Source of the DNA: Candidatus Harrisonbacteria bacterium
GTDB taxonomy: Bacteria > Patescibacteriota > Minisyncoccia > UBA6257 > 1-14-0-10-40-38
Assembly: GCA_023245035.1 (NCBI GenBank)
Contig: JAHFLD010000002.1
Location: 1,501-65,500, forward strand
Direction: 5' to 3'
Length of the DNA stretch: 64,000 nucleotides
Shown here one piece after another: positions 29,006 through 37,495 of the stretch; position 1 is the stretch's first letter; each line of letters starts with the position of its first letter. Under the pieces are notes generated by a model that worked only from the letters and a program-made list of their open reading frames with translations, made no database searches and was not told where the DNA came from. A program made the position numbers and the translations under genes.

Positions 29006-30466
29006 ATGACTACTCTCCACAATTTAACCATTAAAAAATTTCATGAAGGGCTTAGACTTAAGGACTTTAGCGCGCTAGAAATTACCAAGGCTTATTTGGA
29101 CCATATTGACGCTCGCGATTCGGAGATTGGCGCCTATCTTTCGCTTAGCGCGAAAGAGGCATTACTACAGGCGGAGCAGGCAGATCTTGTTTTGGCGCGC
29201 GGAGAGAATCTAGCTCCGCTGGCCGGAGTGCCGTTTGGAATTAAGGACGCGATCTTGGTTCAAGGTGAGCCGGCGACATCAGGTTCAAAAATTTTGGCTG
29301 ATTATCGCGCGGCATATGACGCGACGGTGACTTCCAAGATGCGTTTGAGCGGGGCTGTTTTTTTGGGTAAGACCAATATGGATGAATTTGCCATGGGATC
29401 TTCTACCGAAAATTCGGCTTTTAAGAAGACCAAAAATCCTCATGACACATCGCGAGTTCCGGGCGGTTCTTCCGGTGGTTCGGCGGCGGCGGTGGCCGCG
29501 CACATGGCGCTCGCGGCTTTGGGATCGGATACCGGCGGATCAATTCGCCAGCCGGCGGCTTTTTGCGGAGTGGTCGGATTGAAACCGACTTACGGCGCGG
29601 TTTCTCGTTACGGTCTGACAGCGATGGCCTCCAGCTTGGATCAGATTGGTCCTATTACGCGGACGGTGGCCGATGCCGGTATTGTTTTTCGCGCCATAGC
29701 AGGACGAGATGTTAAGGACGCTACTACTGCCGACGTTTCGTATTCGGCCGAGGACTTTGAGCCAAATTTTGAAAAGTTGCGGAACATGACTTTTGGTCTT
29801 CCCGATGAGTATTTTATTGATGGTCTCGCGACTTCGGTTCGGGAGGCGATTGATCGAGTTGTCCAAATCTATAACAGTTTTGGCGTGAAGTTTAAAAAGA
29901 TTTCTTTGCCACATACCAGGTACGCGCTTTCGGATTATTACATCATTATGCCGGCGGAGGTTAGCGCCAATTTGGCTCGGTTTGATGGCTTGCGTTACGC
30001 GCCGGTCTCGGGTGTCGATCGCCATTCAAAACTGGAGGAGCTTTACGTGGCGAATCGCAGTCAGGGATTTGGGCGCGAGGCCAAGCGGAGAATTATTTTG
30101 GGAACTTTTGTGCTGTCATCGGGATATTACGACGCTTATTACGGCAAGGCGCAAAAAGTTCGCCGGTTGATTAAAAATGATTTTCTGGAGGCTTTTCGCG
30201 GGGTTGATTTGATTTTGGCGCCAACTACACCCACGCCGGCCTTTAAGCTTGGCGAGAAGGTTGAGGATCCGCTCGCGATGTATCTTTCCGATGTTTTTAC
30301 CATTCCGGCTAGTTTGGCCGGGATTCCGGCAATTTCCATTCCGGCCGCTTTGTCGCCTGGAGATTTGCCAATTGCTTTTCAGTTAATGGCGCCGCATTTT
30401 GGCGAGGCGAAACTGATTAACGCCGGCAATTATTATGAGCAGGCGGTTAGCGGTCAAGCCATATGA
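29006..30466 (+). CDS. gatA: Glutamyl-tRNA(Gln) amidotransferase subunit A (amidase signature)
   Basis: GGSSGGSAAAVAA amidase signature. Ser-cisSer-Lys triad context. 486 aa. Confidence 0.92.
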   Translation: MTTLHNLTIKKFHEGLRLKDFSALEITKAYLDHIDARDSEIGAYLSLSAKEALLQAEQADLVLARGENLAPLAGVPFGIKDAILVQGEPATSGSKILADYRAAYDATVTSKMRLSGAVFLGKTNMDEFAMGSSTENSAFKKTKNPHDTSRVPGGSSGGSAAAVAAHMALAALGSDTGGSIRQPAAFCGVVGLKPTYGAVSRYGLTAMASSLDQIGPITRTVADAGIVFRAIAGRDVKDATTADVSYSAEDFEPNFEKLRNMTFGLPDEYFIDGLATSVREAIDRVVQIYNSFGVKFKKISLPHTRYALSDYYIIMPAEVSANLARFDGLRYAPVSGVDRHSKLEELYVANRSQGFGREAKRRIILGTFVLSSGYYDAYYGKAQKVRRLIKNDFLEAFRGVDLILAPTTPTPAFKLGEKVEDPLAMYLSDVFTIPASLAGIPAISIPAALSPGDLPIAFQLMAPHFGEAKLINAGNYYEQAVSGQAI

Positions 30467-30987
30467 TTCTTCTAAATTTTTTAATCAGGATTCGTGTTTT
30501 TTTTGAGCTGATTCTCGGTCCGGCTTTGCCGACGTTGAAATTAATTTCGATTTTGCTGTCGCTGGCTTTTTTGATCGCGATTATCTGGATTAGCGTTAAA
30601 GCAAAATATGTTTTCGATCTATATGATGTCTATACTCAAATTTTTCGCGGTGGGAATCTGCATCGCAAGGATTCAATTCGCGGTTGGAAAAAGGTTTTGC
30701 GTTTGATCCGCTCAAATGATTCCGCAGAATGGCGAAAGGCCTTAGAGTTGTCGGTTAGGATTTTTGACGAGGTGTTGAAATTGGCCGGTTACCGCGGAAC
30801 CAGTTTGTACGAACGTTTGGAGCAAGTCACCCCAGAGGTGGTTAAAAACATTGAGGCGCTACGGCAAGCGCATGCTTTTGCCGAGCGGGTTAGCGCCGAT
30901 CCGGCAGTAGTGATTACCAAAAAGGAGGTGGTAGGCGCGTTGCGGTCTTATCGCGAGGCCTTTCGCGATTTGCAATTACTGGATTAA
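30463..30987 (+). CDS. Hypothetical membrane protein
   Basis: N-terminal TM helix ISILLSLAFLIAIIWI. Confidence 0.45.
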   Translation: MILLNFLIRIRVFFELILGPALPTLKLISILLSLAFLIAIIWISVKAKYVFDLYDVYTQIFRGGNLHRKDSIRGWKKVLRLIRSNDSAEWRKALELSVRIFDEVLKLAGYRGTSLYERLEQVTPEVVKNIEALRQAHAFAERVSADPAVVITKKEVVGALRSYREAFRDLQLLD

Positions 30988-31706
30988 ATTCCGGCGAGTT
31001 TAATGGCGATATAGAGGACGGCAACTCCCAAAATAGTCATGAAGGTGGTCAGATGGCGCGGGTGATTGTGATAGCTTTCGGGGAGCAGGTCGCTGGTTCC
31101 AATATAAAGAAAGAAGCCACAAAAAATAGCCAGAATGACGCCCAAGATTTCCGCCGGGACACTCCAAAAAAGAGTGGAGACGGCGCCAACAACCGGAGTT
31201 ACGGCATCAATCATTAGCCAGCGAATCGCCTTGGCGCGACTACCTTGATTTTTGAGCACCAGATTTACGGTGTTGAGGCCGTCCGAAAAATCATGGACTA
31301 AAACCGCGGTGGCGATGACCGCGCCGACGGCGTTTGAAACCTGAAAAGCAAGACCGATCGCGATACCATCTAGCAGGCTGTGAATAGAGAGGCTACCGGC
31401 GCCGAGAGTTCCGCGGTGGCTGTGGTGTTTTTCTCCCTCTTCGTCGTGATGGGCATAGAGCATCACGACGCGATCCAAGACCATGAAGACCAAATAGCCC
31501 AGGGCGATGATGGAGGTGATGGCGCTGACACCAAATCGTTCGCCACCCAATTCTATGGCTTCGGGCAGGAGGTCAAAAAAAGTAACGCCGATAATGGCGC
31601 CGGCGCTGAATCCAAGAACCAAGTGAAGCTTGTCTTTAAATTTTAGGGCAAACAGGCCGCCTAAAAAGGTGGTGACGACCGTGGCTAAGCCGAGAATAAT
31701 AACCAT
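30984..31706 (-). CDS. zupT: ZIP-family divalent metal transporter (ZupT-like)
   Basis: Eight hydrophobic segments. His-rich loop HHDEEGEKHHSHRG. Conserved HSLLDGIAIG and HDFSDGL motifs. Confidence 0.75.
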   Translation of the reverse strand: MVIILGLATVVTTFLGGLFALKFKDKLHLVLGFSAGAIIGVTFFDLLPEAIELGGERFGVSAITSIIALGYLVFMVLDRVVMLYAHHDEEGEKHHSHRGTLGAGSLSIHSLLDGIAIGLAFQVSNAVGAVIATAVLVHDFSDGLNTVNLVLKNQGSRAKAIRWLMIDAVTPVVGAVSTLFWSVPAEILGVILAIFCGFFLYIGTSDLLPESYHNHPRHLTTFMTILGVAVLYIAIKLAGI

Positions 31707-31765
31707 GGGTTTTGTCTTTAGCTTCTAAATATTTTGCCTTTTTTGGGCGCGGACGACCGGATTTT

Positions 31766-31896
31766 CACCTCACTTCGTTCTTTAAGAACCCACGGTTCTT
31801 AATCTTTTCCTTCACGGAGGGGACGCAGTTGCTTCCCCTCCGACCCACCCCTCTTTCAAATTCGGTCGACTTTTGCTTTGTGATTTTGTCTTTTTT
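31766..31896 (-). mobile_element. Structured ~130-bp insertion downstream of tRNA-Asp (family copy 1), flanked by a duplicated tRNA 3' end
   Basis: A copy of the tRNA-Asp 3' end (gggcgcggacgaccggatttt) occurs at 31744-31765. In minus-strand reading the order is target end, degenerate reverse-complement of the target end (cgaccgaatttgaa), core aggggtgggtcgg + hairpin ggaggggaagcaactgcgtcccctcc + hairpin ttaagaaccgtgggttcttaa, then the direct copy. Confidence 0.6.
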
Positions 31897-31973
31897 GGCG
31901 CGGACGACCGGATTTGAACCGGCGATCTCTACCGTGACAGGGTAGCGCTTTGGACCAGCTAAGCTACGTCCGC
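31897..31973 (-). tRNA. tRNA-Asp (anticodon GTC), CCA encoded
   Basis: Minus-strand sequence GCGGACGTAGCTTAGCTGGTCCAAAGCGCTACCCTGTCACGGTAGAGATCGCCGGTTCAAATCCGGTCGTCCGCGCCA. Confidence 0.85.
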
Positions 31974-32066
31974 ATAGATGATAGTATTGCAGTATTGGAA
32001 TATTTTTTCAATTCTTGGCATTGCGTATCAGAATATCGTAGCTATAAGTCCATGGATTGGTTGCCT

Positions 32067-33392
32067 TCAACTGAGATTTTTTACCAGTTTTTTGAAATAA
32101 AGGCCGCGTTCTTTAGCGTTGTGAAATTCGTCAAAACTGGCCGAGGCGGGGGAGAGCAGGACGACAATGTTAGAATTTTTGGGGTTTAGGGCGATTTCTT
32201 TTTTAGCCAGGGCATAACCAGAGACGAGGGCGGCGGCTAGATTTTTGCGCGAGCTGATTTTTTGCGACAACCTGGCGGCGGTGAGTTCTTTTAAGATTTT
32301 TTGCTGATTTTCTCCATAGAGTATGATTTTTGAGACTGAGCTTTTTTTAATCACTCGCGCCAATTCTAGGTAGCTAAGATTTTTGTCTTTGCCGCCGAGA
32401 AGTAGAATCGTCGACTGATTTTGAGCGCGGATGGCGGCCATGGTACTACCCGGGTTGGTGGCGGCCGAGTCGTTGATGAATTTTATCGCGCTGTTTTTGG
32501 TTTTGATTTGACGGACAAGTTCCAGCCGGTGCTCCAGTCCTTTGAAGTTTTCAACGACCCTTTGAATCGTGGTTTCCGGAACATTTAAATAACGGCAGAC
32601 TGCCGCGGCAAGAGTCAGATTTTTTCGCGGAGTGTTTTCATCGGGTGTTATCGGATGGCGTTCGGCCGGACTTTGCTTCAAAACCCGGATGACATTTTTA
32701 TTGTCGGCGAAGAAAAAGACCGGCTGATTGGTGGATTGAAAGGCGGTGAGGTTTGATTTGGCTTTAAAATATTCCCCAAGGCTTCGGTGATTGTCTAGGT
32801 GATCGGGAAATATATCCACGAAGACCGCGATATCGGGCGAGGTTTGGAGATCCTGAAGTTGAAAGCTAGAGAGTTCCAAGACGATGATTTTTGGAACTGG
32901 CTTGGCTTGCAGGAGATCCAGCATGGGGATTCCGATGTTGCCGGCGAGCGCGGATTTTTTGCCGGCGCTCCGCAGTATTTGGTGAATAACAGTGCTTGTG
33001 GTGCTCTTGCCCTTGGTGCCGCTCACGCCAATTAAAAGCGGTTGGGGATTTTTCCGGCGAATTTCCTCAAAAAATATTTTGGTGGCGCTGGTCAGGGTCG
33101 CGCCGTTTTTTGCGGCCGCTTGAAGCTCCGGCGTGTTGAACGGAAGACCAGGCGAGCGGATGATTAGGTTATAGTTAGCGATGTCGGAGAGATAGTCTTT
33201 GCCGACGCGCAGTTTTATTTTTTTGGCCAGGGCCGGCGGAATTGCTTTGGATATTTTGGGGTCTCGGTCAAGAATAAAAATTTCGGCCGGGCGGTAGATC
33301 GGATGAGACAAGAGAAAACGCAGAGCTGATTTTCCTTCGGCGCCGAAGCCGGCGATAGCTATTTTCATGGGTTTAGTATAGGTGCTCCACAC
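32067..33392 (-). CDS. murD: UDP-N-acetylmuramoyl-L-alanine--D-glutamate ligase MurD
   Basis: Mur ligase P-loop GVSGTKGKSTT. N-terminal Rossmann IAIAGFGAEGKS. 441 aa. Confidence 0.85.
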   Translation of the reverse strand: MWSTYTKPMKIAIAGFGAEGKSALRFLLSHPIYRPAEIFILDRDPKISKAIPPALAKKIKLRVGKDYLSDIANYNLIIRSPGLPFNTPELQAAAKNGATLTSATKIFFEEIRRKNPQPLLIGVSGTKGKSTTSTVIHQILRSAGKKSALAGNIGIPMLDLLQAKPVPKIIVLELSSFQLQDLQTSPDIAVFVDIFPDHLDNHRSLGEYFKAKSNLTAFQSTNQPVFFFADNKNVIRVLKQSPAERHPITPDENTPRKNLTLAAAVCRYLNVPETTIQRVVENFKGLEHRLELVRQIKTKNSAIKFINDSAATNPGSTMAAIRAQNQSTILLLGGKDKNLSYLELARVIKKSSVSKIILYGENQQKILKELTAARLSQKISSRKNLAAALVSGYALAKKEIALNPKNSNIVVLLSPASASFDEFHNAKERGLYFKKLVKNLS

Positions 33393-33529
33393 TCAAGGTT
33401 TCAAGGTTTGGGATTATCTTGCATGGGTATTTTGGAATACCCCTCGACTACGCTCGGGGTTATATGCGCTTCATCCCCGGCCTAAAACGGCCGGAGTTTG
33501 CTGATGTTGCGCATATAAAAAAACCCGGC

Positions 33530-34294
33530 TTAAAGCCGGGTTGAGCGACGACTGAGTCGTACTCTTTCTAACCAACCTTCAATTTCTCGCAGAGCGACGA
33601 ACTCCGGCGTGTTCGGGTTGACGCCATCTTCGTGAGTTCCAAAAATGCTCTTGTGGGTGAAGTTTTGAGCCGTGATCAGAGTTCTTCCTTGCGCCTTAGT
33701 GGCGGCATCAAAATACATTTGCGGTATTTCGCGCGGAACCACTTCATCGGCGCCCCACTGGAGAACGAGCAATTTTCCATTGAACCCGGCCATGTTGTCC
33801 CAGGCATCAGAATCTTGCCAGCTTCCTTCTCGCCGAATGGCTTCGGTGAACTTGGAGCCGAACGGAATTTTCTCCGCCACAACTTTTTTGTCGTAGGCGG
33901 CCGGCGCCACCAGAATCAGGGTGTCGTCTTTTCCCAGAAGATCAACTAAGTGACTCGCGATATAGCCGCCCATGCTTTCGGCCACGATTACGACTTCGGG
34001 GGGATCGTATTCGTCTTGGAGTTTGGTCAAGTTGGCGCGGGCATCATCAACCCGCGTGTGCAGTCCGCTAACCGAGAAATCTTCGCCTTGGTTCATGCCT
34101 CGAAAATCAAAGGCCGCGATTAAGCCGCCCTTGGTTAACCTTGCGATCTCCATCATGGTCGGCAGAGTCTTGCCACGCCGATTATTGCGCGATCCACCGT
34201 AAAGCGGTACCAGCAAACGAGTGACCTTCTTCGGACTGACGTTGTCAAACATGAGCAACAACTGACCGTTCTTTTCCACTCCCTGGATTTGCAT
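33530..34294 (-). CDS. Alpha/beta-hydrolase fold protein
   Basis: GxSxG nucleophile elbow (AESMGG). 254 aa. Confidence 0.6.
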   Translation of the reverse strand: MQIQGVEKNGQLLLMFDNVSPKKVTRLLVPLYGGSRNNRRGKTLPTMMEIARLTKGGLIAAFDFRGMNQGEDFSVSGLHTRVDDARANLTKLQDEYDPPEVVIVAESMGGYIASHLVDLLGKDDTLILVAPAAYDKKVVAEKIPFGSKFTEAIRREGSWQDSDAWDNMAGFNGKLLVLQWGADEVVPREIPQMYFDAATKAQGRTLITAQNFTHKSIFGTHEDGVNPNTPEFVALREIEGWLERVRLSRRSTRL

Positions 34295-34429
34295 GCGTTA
34301 GCTCCCGATGAGGACGGCGCGCATTCATTTTGAAAGAGCCACGTGCATTCTTCCATATCGTTTACACGATGTCAAAATTAAGATATACTCCTGGCTGTCG
34401 CCAAGCTTAGTTTTTGGCGGCGCTTTTAT

Positions 34430-34503
34430 CCCGGGGTAGAGCAGCCCGGTAGCTCGTCTGGCTCATAACCAGAAGGTCGCAGGTTCAAATCCTGCCCCCG
34501 GAA
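34430..34503 (+). tRNA. tRNA-Met (anticodon CAT), probably initiator (C1 x A72 mismatch)
   Basis: CCCGGGG...CCCCGGA acceptor with an unpaired 1-72 position. CTCATAA anticodon loop. Confidence 0.8.
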
Positions 34504-34590
34504 CAAGGGATAAGTTTTCGCACAGGCGGTTTTTTGGATCGGCGCTATGCTGGGCGTAGGACTTTAAAATTTTTATGAAGGAGTTTTGGA

Positions 34591-35514
34591 ATGAGACTTT
34601 TTAAAACTCGCGCCGCGAAGTGGCTTTTGGTTTTTTTTATTGGTTTGGGGTTTGTTGCTTTGTGCGGAGTTCGTTTTTTTACGGTTGATGCTCGGACTCC
34701 GGTGAGCGTGGCCGCGGGTTATATTCAAGCCAAGCGCGGGGACAGTTGGTGGCTTACTTTGGCTCCAACGCTTTTCTCTGACGAGGATATTTTAAGGTTG
34801 CGGTCACGGCATCAGGGAATTGTGGACGCCATGCATAAATTTCGAGATCTTTCGCCGCAGACGCGAGAGTTGGCGGGGCTTTTACCGCGAGTTGTGCCGA
34901 TGGTGGCGTTAGCCGGTGGTTCGGCCGAATGCTTGCTTCGCGGGGAGAAGGATGGCTTGTTGCCGGCTGGAGCGATTGAGTTTTGCTATATTCCGCGAGA
35001 TTTTGTTGGGGAACATGCCTATCGGTTTTATTGCCGACATGATTGGCCGGCGGTTATAGCTGTCGCACTGGACTATCCGCAATTAGTGGCCGCGGCGCTT
35101 TTTTTCCACGAATTGGGACATTTGGCTTCGAAGTTCGATTGGCATATTTCCAGTTTGGAAGCGGAGCTCAATCCCAAGGTATTAAGCGAGGAGGTTCGGC
35201 TCTACGAGTTGGAGACATTAATTTTTGACGCGGGGACTGGCGGATCTTTTAGCCGTTTTTTGGATGAGGTGCTGGCGCGAGAGCCGATAAGTAGCAAGCG
35301 CGAAGCAGTTCTCGCGCTGACTGCTTCCGACATGAAGCATCTGGATCAATTGTTGGCCGCGGGTGATTCGGGTTACTTGATGGGAGCGATACTGGCGTTT
35401 CGTTATCAGATGGCGATTGGTTTGCGTTATTTGCGAGTAGCAGGAGTGGGGGATTTTGATAGCGAAGCGCTGGCTCTTTACCGCTGGATCGCGGGTGCAG
35501 TTGAGCAGAAATAA
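34591..35514 (+). CDS. Membrane-anchored putative zinc metallopeptidase (HExxH)
   Basis: N-terminal TM helix. HELGH motif in FFHELGHLASKF. Confidence 0.5.
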   Translation: MRLFKTRAAKWLLVFFIGLGFVALCGVRFFTVDARTPVSVAAGYIQAKRGDSWWLTLAPTLFSDEDILRLRSRHQGIVDAMHKFRDLSPQTRELAGLLPRVVPMVALAGGSAECLLRGEKDGLLPAGAIEFCYIPRDFVGEHAYRFYCRHDWPAVIAVALDYPQLVAAALFFHELGHLASKFDWHISSLEAELNPKVLSEEVRLYELETLIFDAGTGGSFSRFLDEVLAREPISSKREAVLALTASDMKHLDQLLAAGDSGYLMGAILAFRYQMAIGLRYLRVAGVGDFDSEALALYRWIAGAVEQK

Positions 35515-35583
35515 ACCGGTCTTAATGGGCCGGTTTTTTGCGCGTTTTCCAAAAATCTAATATGCTGTTCTGGTGCTTAATTT

Positions 35584-35655
35584 GCCGACGTAGCTCAGTG
35601 GTAGAGCGGACGTTTCATAAGCGTTAGGTCGCAGGTTCGATCCCTGCCGTCGGCA
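35584..35655 (+). tRNA. tRNA with CAT anticodon (elongator Met or Ile2/lysidine), CCA not encoded
   Basis: GCCGACG acceptor. D-arm GCTCAGTGGTAGAGC. Anticodon loop TTCATAA. T-arm GCAGGTTCGATCCCTGC. Confidence 0.8.
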
Positions 35656-35656
35656 C

Positions 35657-35801
35657 AAAAAGAAAATTGGGTAGCTTGTCTACCCGGTTTTCTTTTTAAT
35701 GTTTTGAGGCAGGGATCGAACGGGAAAGGGGTCGGGAAACGGTAGTTTCCCGTGGTGGAAATATTAAAACCGCATGGTTTTAAAAGCGAAGCGCGTGAGA
35801 T
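35657..35801 (+). mobile_element. Structured ~145-bp insertion downstream of the CAT tRNA (family copy 2), flanked by a 16-bp duplication of the tRNA 3' end
   Basis: tccctgccgtcggcac occurs at 35641-35656 and again at 35802-35817, the second copy followed by cca. Between them lie a terminator hairpin, the reverse-complement of the tRNA T-arm (ggcagggatcgaac), and the core aaggggtcgggaaacggtagtttcccgtggtggaa...aaaaccgcatggtttt, which has two hairpins. Confidence 0.7.
35669..35698 (+). terminator. Rho-independent terminator after the tRNA (gggtagcttgtctaccc + T-run)
   Basis: Perfect 6-bp GC-rich stem followed by ggttttcttttt. Confidence 0.7.
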
Positions 35802-35913
35802 TCCCTGCCGTCGGCACCACGTAGGGAAGATTGATGCCTCGCGCGGGCTTTGCCTTGTATAGCGCACTGAAGTTGTGTGTATTCTTCAAGCTTTGCGTAC
35901 ATTCTTCAAGCGT

Positions 35914-35948
35914 TGTTGACAATCAGGCATTTATTTGCTATCCTACAA
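35914..35948 (+). promoter_or_regulatory. Sigma70-like promoter (TTGACA-17-TATCCT) for the 36030 ORF
   Basis: ttgacaatcaggcatttatttgctatcct. An AAGGAG RBS lies 10 nt before the GTG start at 36030. Confidence 0.5.
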
Positions 35949-36029
35949 AAGGATAAGCCATAGTGGCTTATTCGCTTCACTTAGCGATCTTGGGACCACT
36001 CAAGACGCAAAGAAGAAAGGAGCAGAGTC

Positions 36030-36476
36030 GTGTCAAGTCTAGTTCTTTTGAATCGCGACGGAAACGTTGCCCGCAAGCTCCAGCTGGTCTCTCTGCCGAA
36101 CGATTACGTCGTTCCGGAGGGGATGATTGTAAGCTGGAAAACGGAGCTTCGCGCTTCTTCCACGGATCCGTTTGCTCGATGGCGCGCTCCTTCTGAGCCG
36201 ATTGAGGCTTTTTTCTATCTTGGCAACGCGCAAGGGCAAGTGTCTCGGAGCGGATTCAGGGAGGTTGAGCGTGGTGCGGAAAACCGTCCCACGAGATTCT
36301 GTGTTCGGGATCTGGTCGTCACCGTGCAGGGCGTTTCCGCGAAGAACGTGATGGAGTTGCGTGACCGCGTCATGGACATCATCAATTCGGGAATCGGCTG
36401 GAATGTCAGCAACGACCTGAATCCCAAGCCGAAGCTTGGAATTTTGTCGAGGTTCAAGAAGTTGTTGGGGCATTAG
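36030..36476 (+). CDS. Hypothetical protein (GTG start, strong RBS)
   Basis: 148 aa. AAGGAG at 36014-36019. The antisense ORF 36039-36473 is judged spurious. Confidence 0.55.
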   Translation: MSSLVLLNRDGNVARKLQLVSLPNDYVVPEGMIVSWKTELRASSTDPFARWRAPSEPIEAFFYLGNAQGQVSRSGFREVERGAENRPTRFCVRDLVVTVQGVSAKNVMELRDRVMDIINSGIGWNVSNDLNPKPKLGILSRFKKLLGH

Positions 36477-36636
36477 ACCGCCACTCCCAACCGGGCCGCT
36501 TAGTAGCGAAAGCGAACAGCGGCCTTTTTTTGAATTTCAAGAAAATTGGCACAATTCTGGACAAGTTCCTTTCTTGACTTTTTTACTATCTATAACGTAC
36601 TATCGTTCTTAGTTCCTTTTTTCAATGGAGGTTTCT

Positions 36637-36993
36637 ATGTGGCAGATGACTTACCTCGTTGCGAAAACTCGGGAAGGATTCAAGAAGGATTGGCCGAGCA
36701 AGTTTTTTGTTGCCGTGCTTTTAGTCGCCTACTATTTTCCGGTTTTCAAGCTGATTGACGCCGGGGTTCTGGCCAAGGACTCGCTTTTGCAACTAGGCCT
36801 AACCTTTAGCATCATGGTTGGCTTTGTAGCCTACTTGGCCCTCGCCTACATCCTAGGGATCGGTTTTCCGCGGTCGCTGAAGACTTTGCGTAATCATCTT
36901 GTGACCTTAGTCTACGGCGTTATTTCTCCGGTTGCTCTTTTCGCCTGGCTTGTGTTTTTTTGCCGCGATGGTTATTACGTGAACAGAGTTTAG
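36637..36993 (+). CDS. Hypothetical membrane protein
   Basis: GGAGG RBS 5 nt before ATG 36637. Three hydrophobic helices. Confidence 0.5.
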   Translation: MWQMTYLVAKTREGFKKDWPSKFFVAVLLVAYYFPVFKLIDAGVLAKDSLLQLGLTFSIMVGFVAYLALAYILGIGFPRSLKTLRNHLVTLVYGVISPVALFAWLVFFCRDGYYVNRV

Positions 36994-37071
36994 TCGGTGG
37001 TTCGCGTGTGCCCGCTTTCGTAGCGGGCGCTTTTTTTGCTTTTTTATGATAGTCTTTTCCTGCGGATTAGA

Positions 37072-37374
37072 ATGAAAATACTTATTAATTCATCGGCGCA
37101 GAAGCCGAAAAATATCAATCTGATTTTGCGCCAAGCCGGTTATCATCCGGAAGTTAAACAGCGCACCGGCGAGTTGTCTTTTGTGCGGAGCGCCACCGGA
37201 CGGCCGTTTCCCAGATTCCATGTTTATGTGGACGAGGTGCCCGAAGGCTGGATGGTGAATTTGCATTTGGATCAAAAACAGCCGACTTACGAGGGAAGTT
37301 CGGCGCATAATGGCGAATATGAGGGGGTGATTATAGAGGAGGAGGCGAGGCGCATTAAATGGGCGGGGAGGTAG
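37072..37374 (+). CDS. Hypothetical small protein
   Basis: MKILINSSAQKP... About 100 aa with no recognised motif. The upstream ATG at 37036 is also possible. Confidence 0.4.
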   Translation: MKILINSSAQKPKNINLILRQAGYHPEVKQRTGELSFVRSATGRPFPRFHVYVDEVPEGWMVNLHLDQKQPTYEGSSAHNGEYEGVIIEEEARRIKWAGR

Positions 37375-37495
37375 TCTTTTTGGTTTGGTGCTCGGCTTTG
37401 TCTCGAATCTCAACTCGCGCAATTCAAAGGCAAAATCTGGTTTGCCAAGCTTTCGCTTTGGCCGATTTTTTGCTAGGTTTTATGGATAGAGTTTT

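Noticed and set aside
29540-30025. 161-aa minus-strand ORF inside gatA
   Set aside because: It is antisense to a gatA with a full amidase signature.
33392-33530. Nested palindrome ttatatgcgc...ccggcc-taaaac-ggccgg...gcgcatataa between murD and the hydrolase gene
   Set aside because: It is most simply a bidirectional terminator/operator between two genes. Together with the adjacent aaaaaaacccggcttaaagccgggtt hairpin it fits ordinary termination signals.
36039-36473. 144-aa antisense ORF opposite the 36030-36476 gene
   Set aside because: The + strand ORF has a consensus promoter and AAGGAG RBS. The minus ORF has neither.
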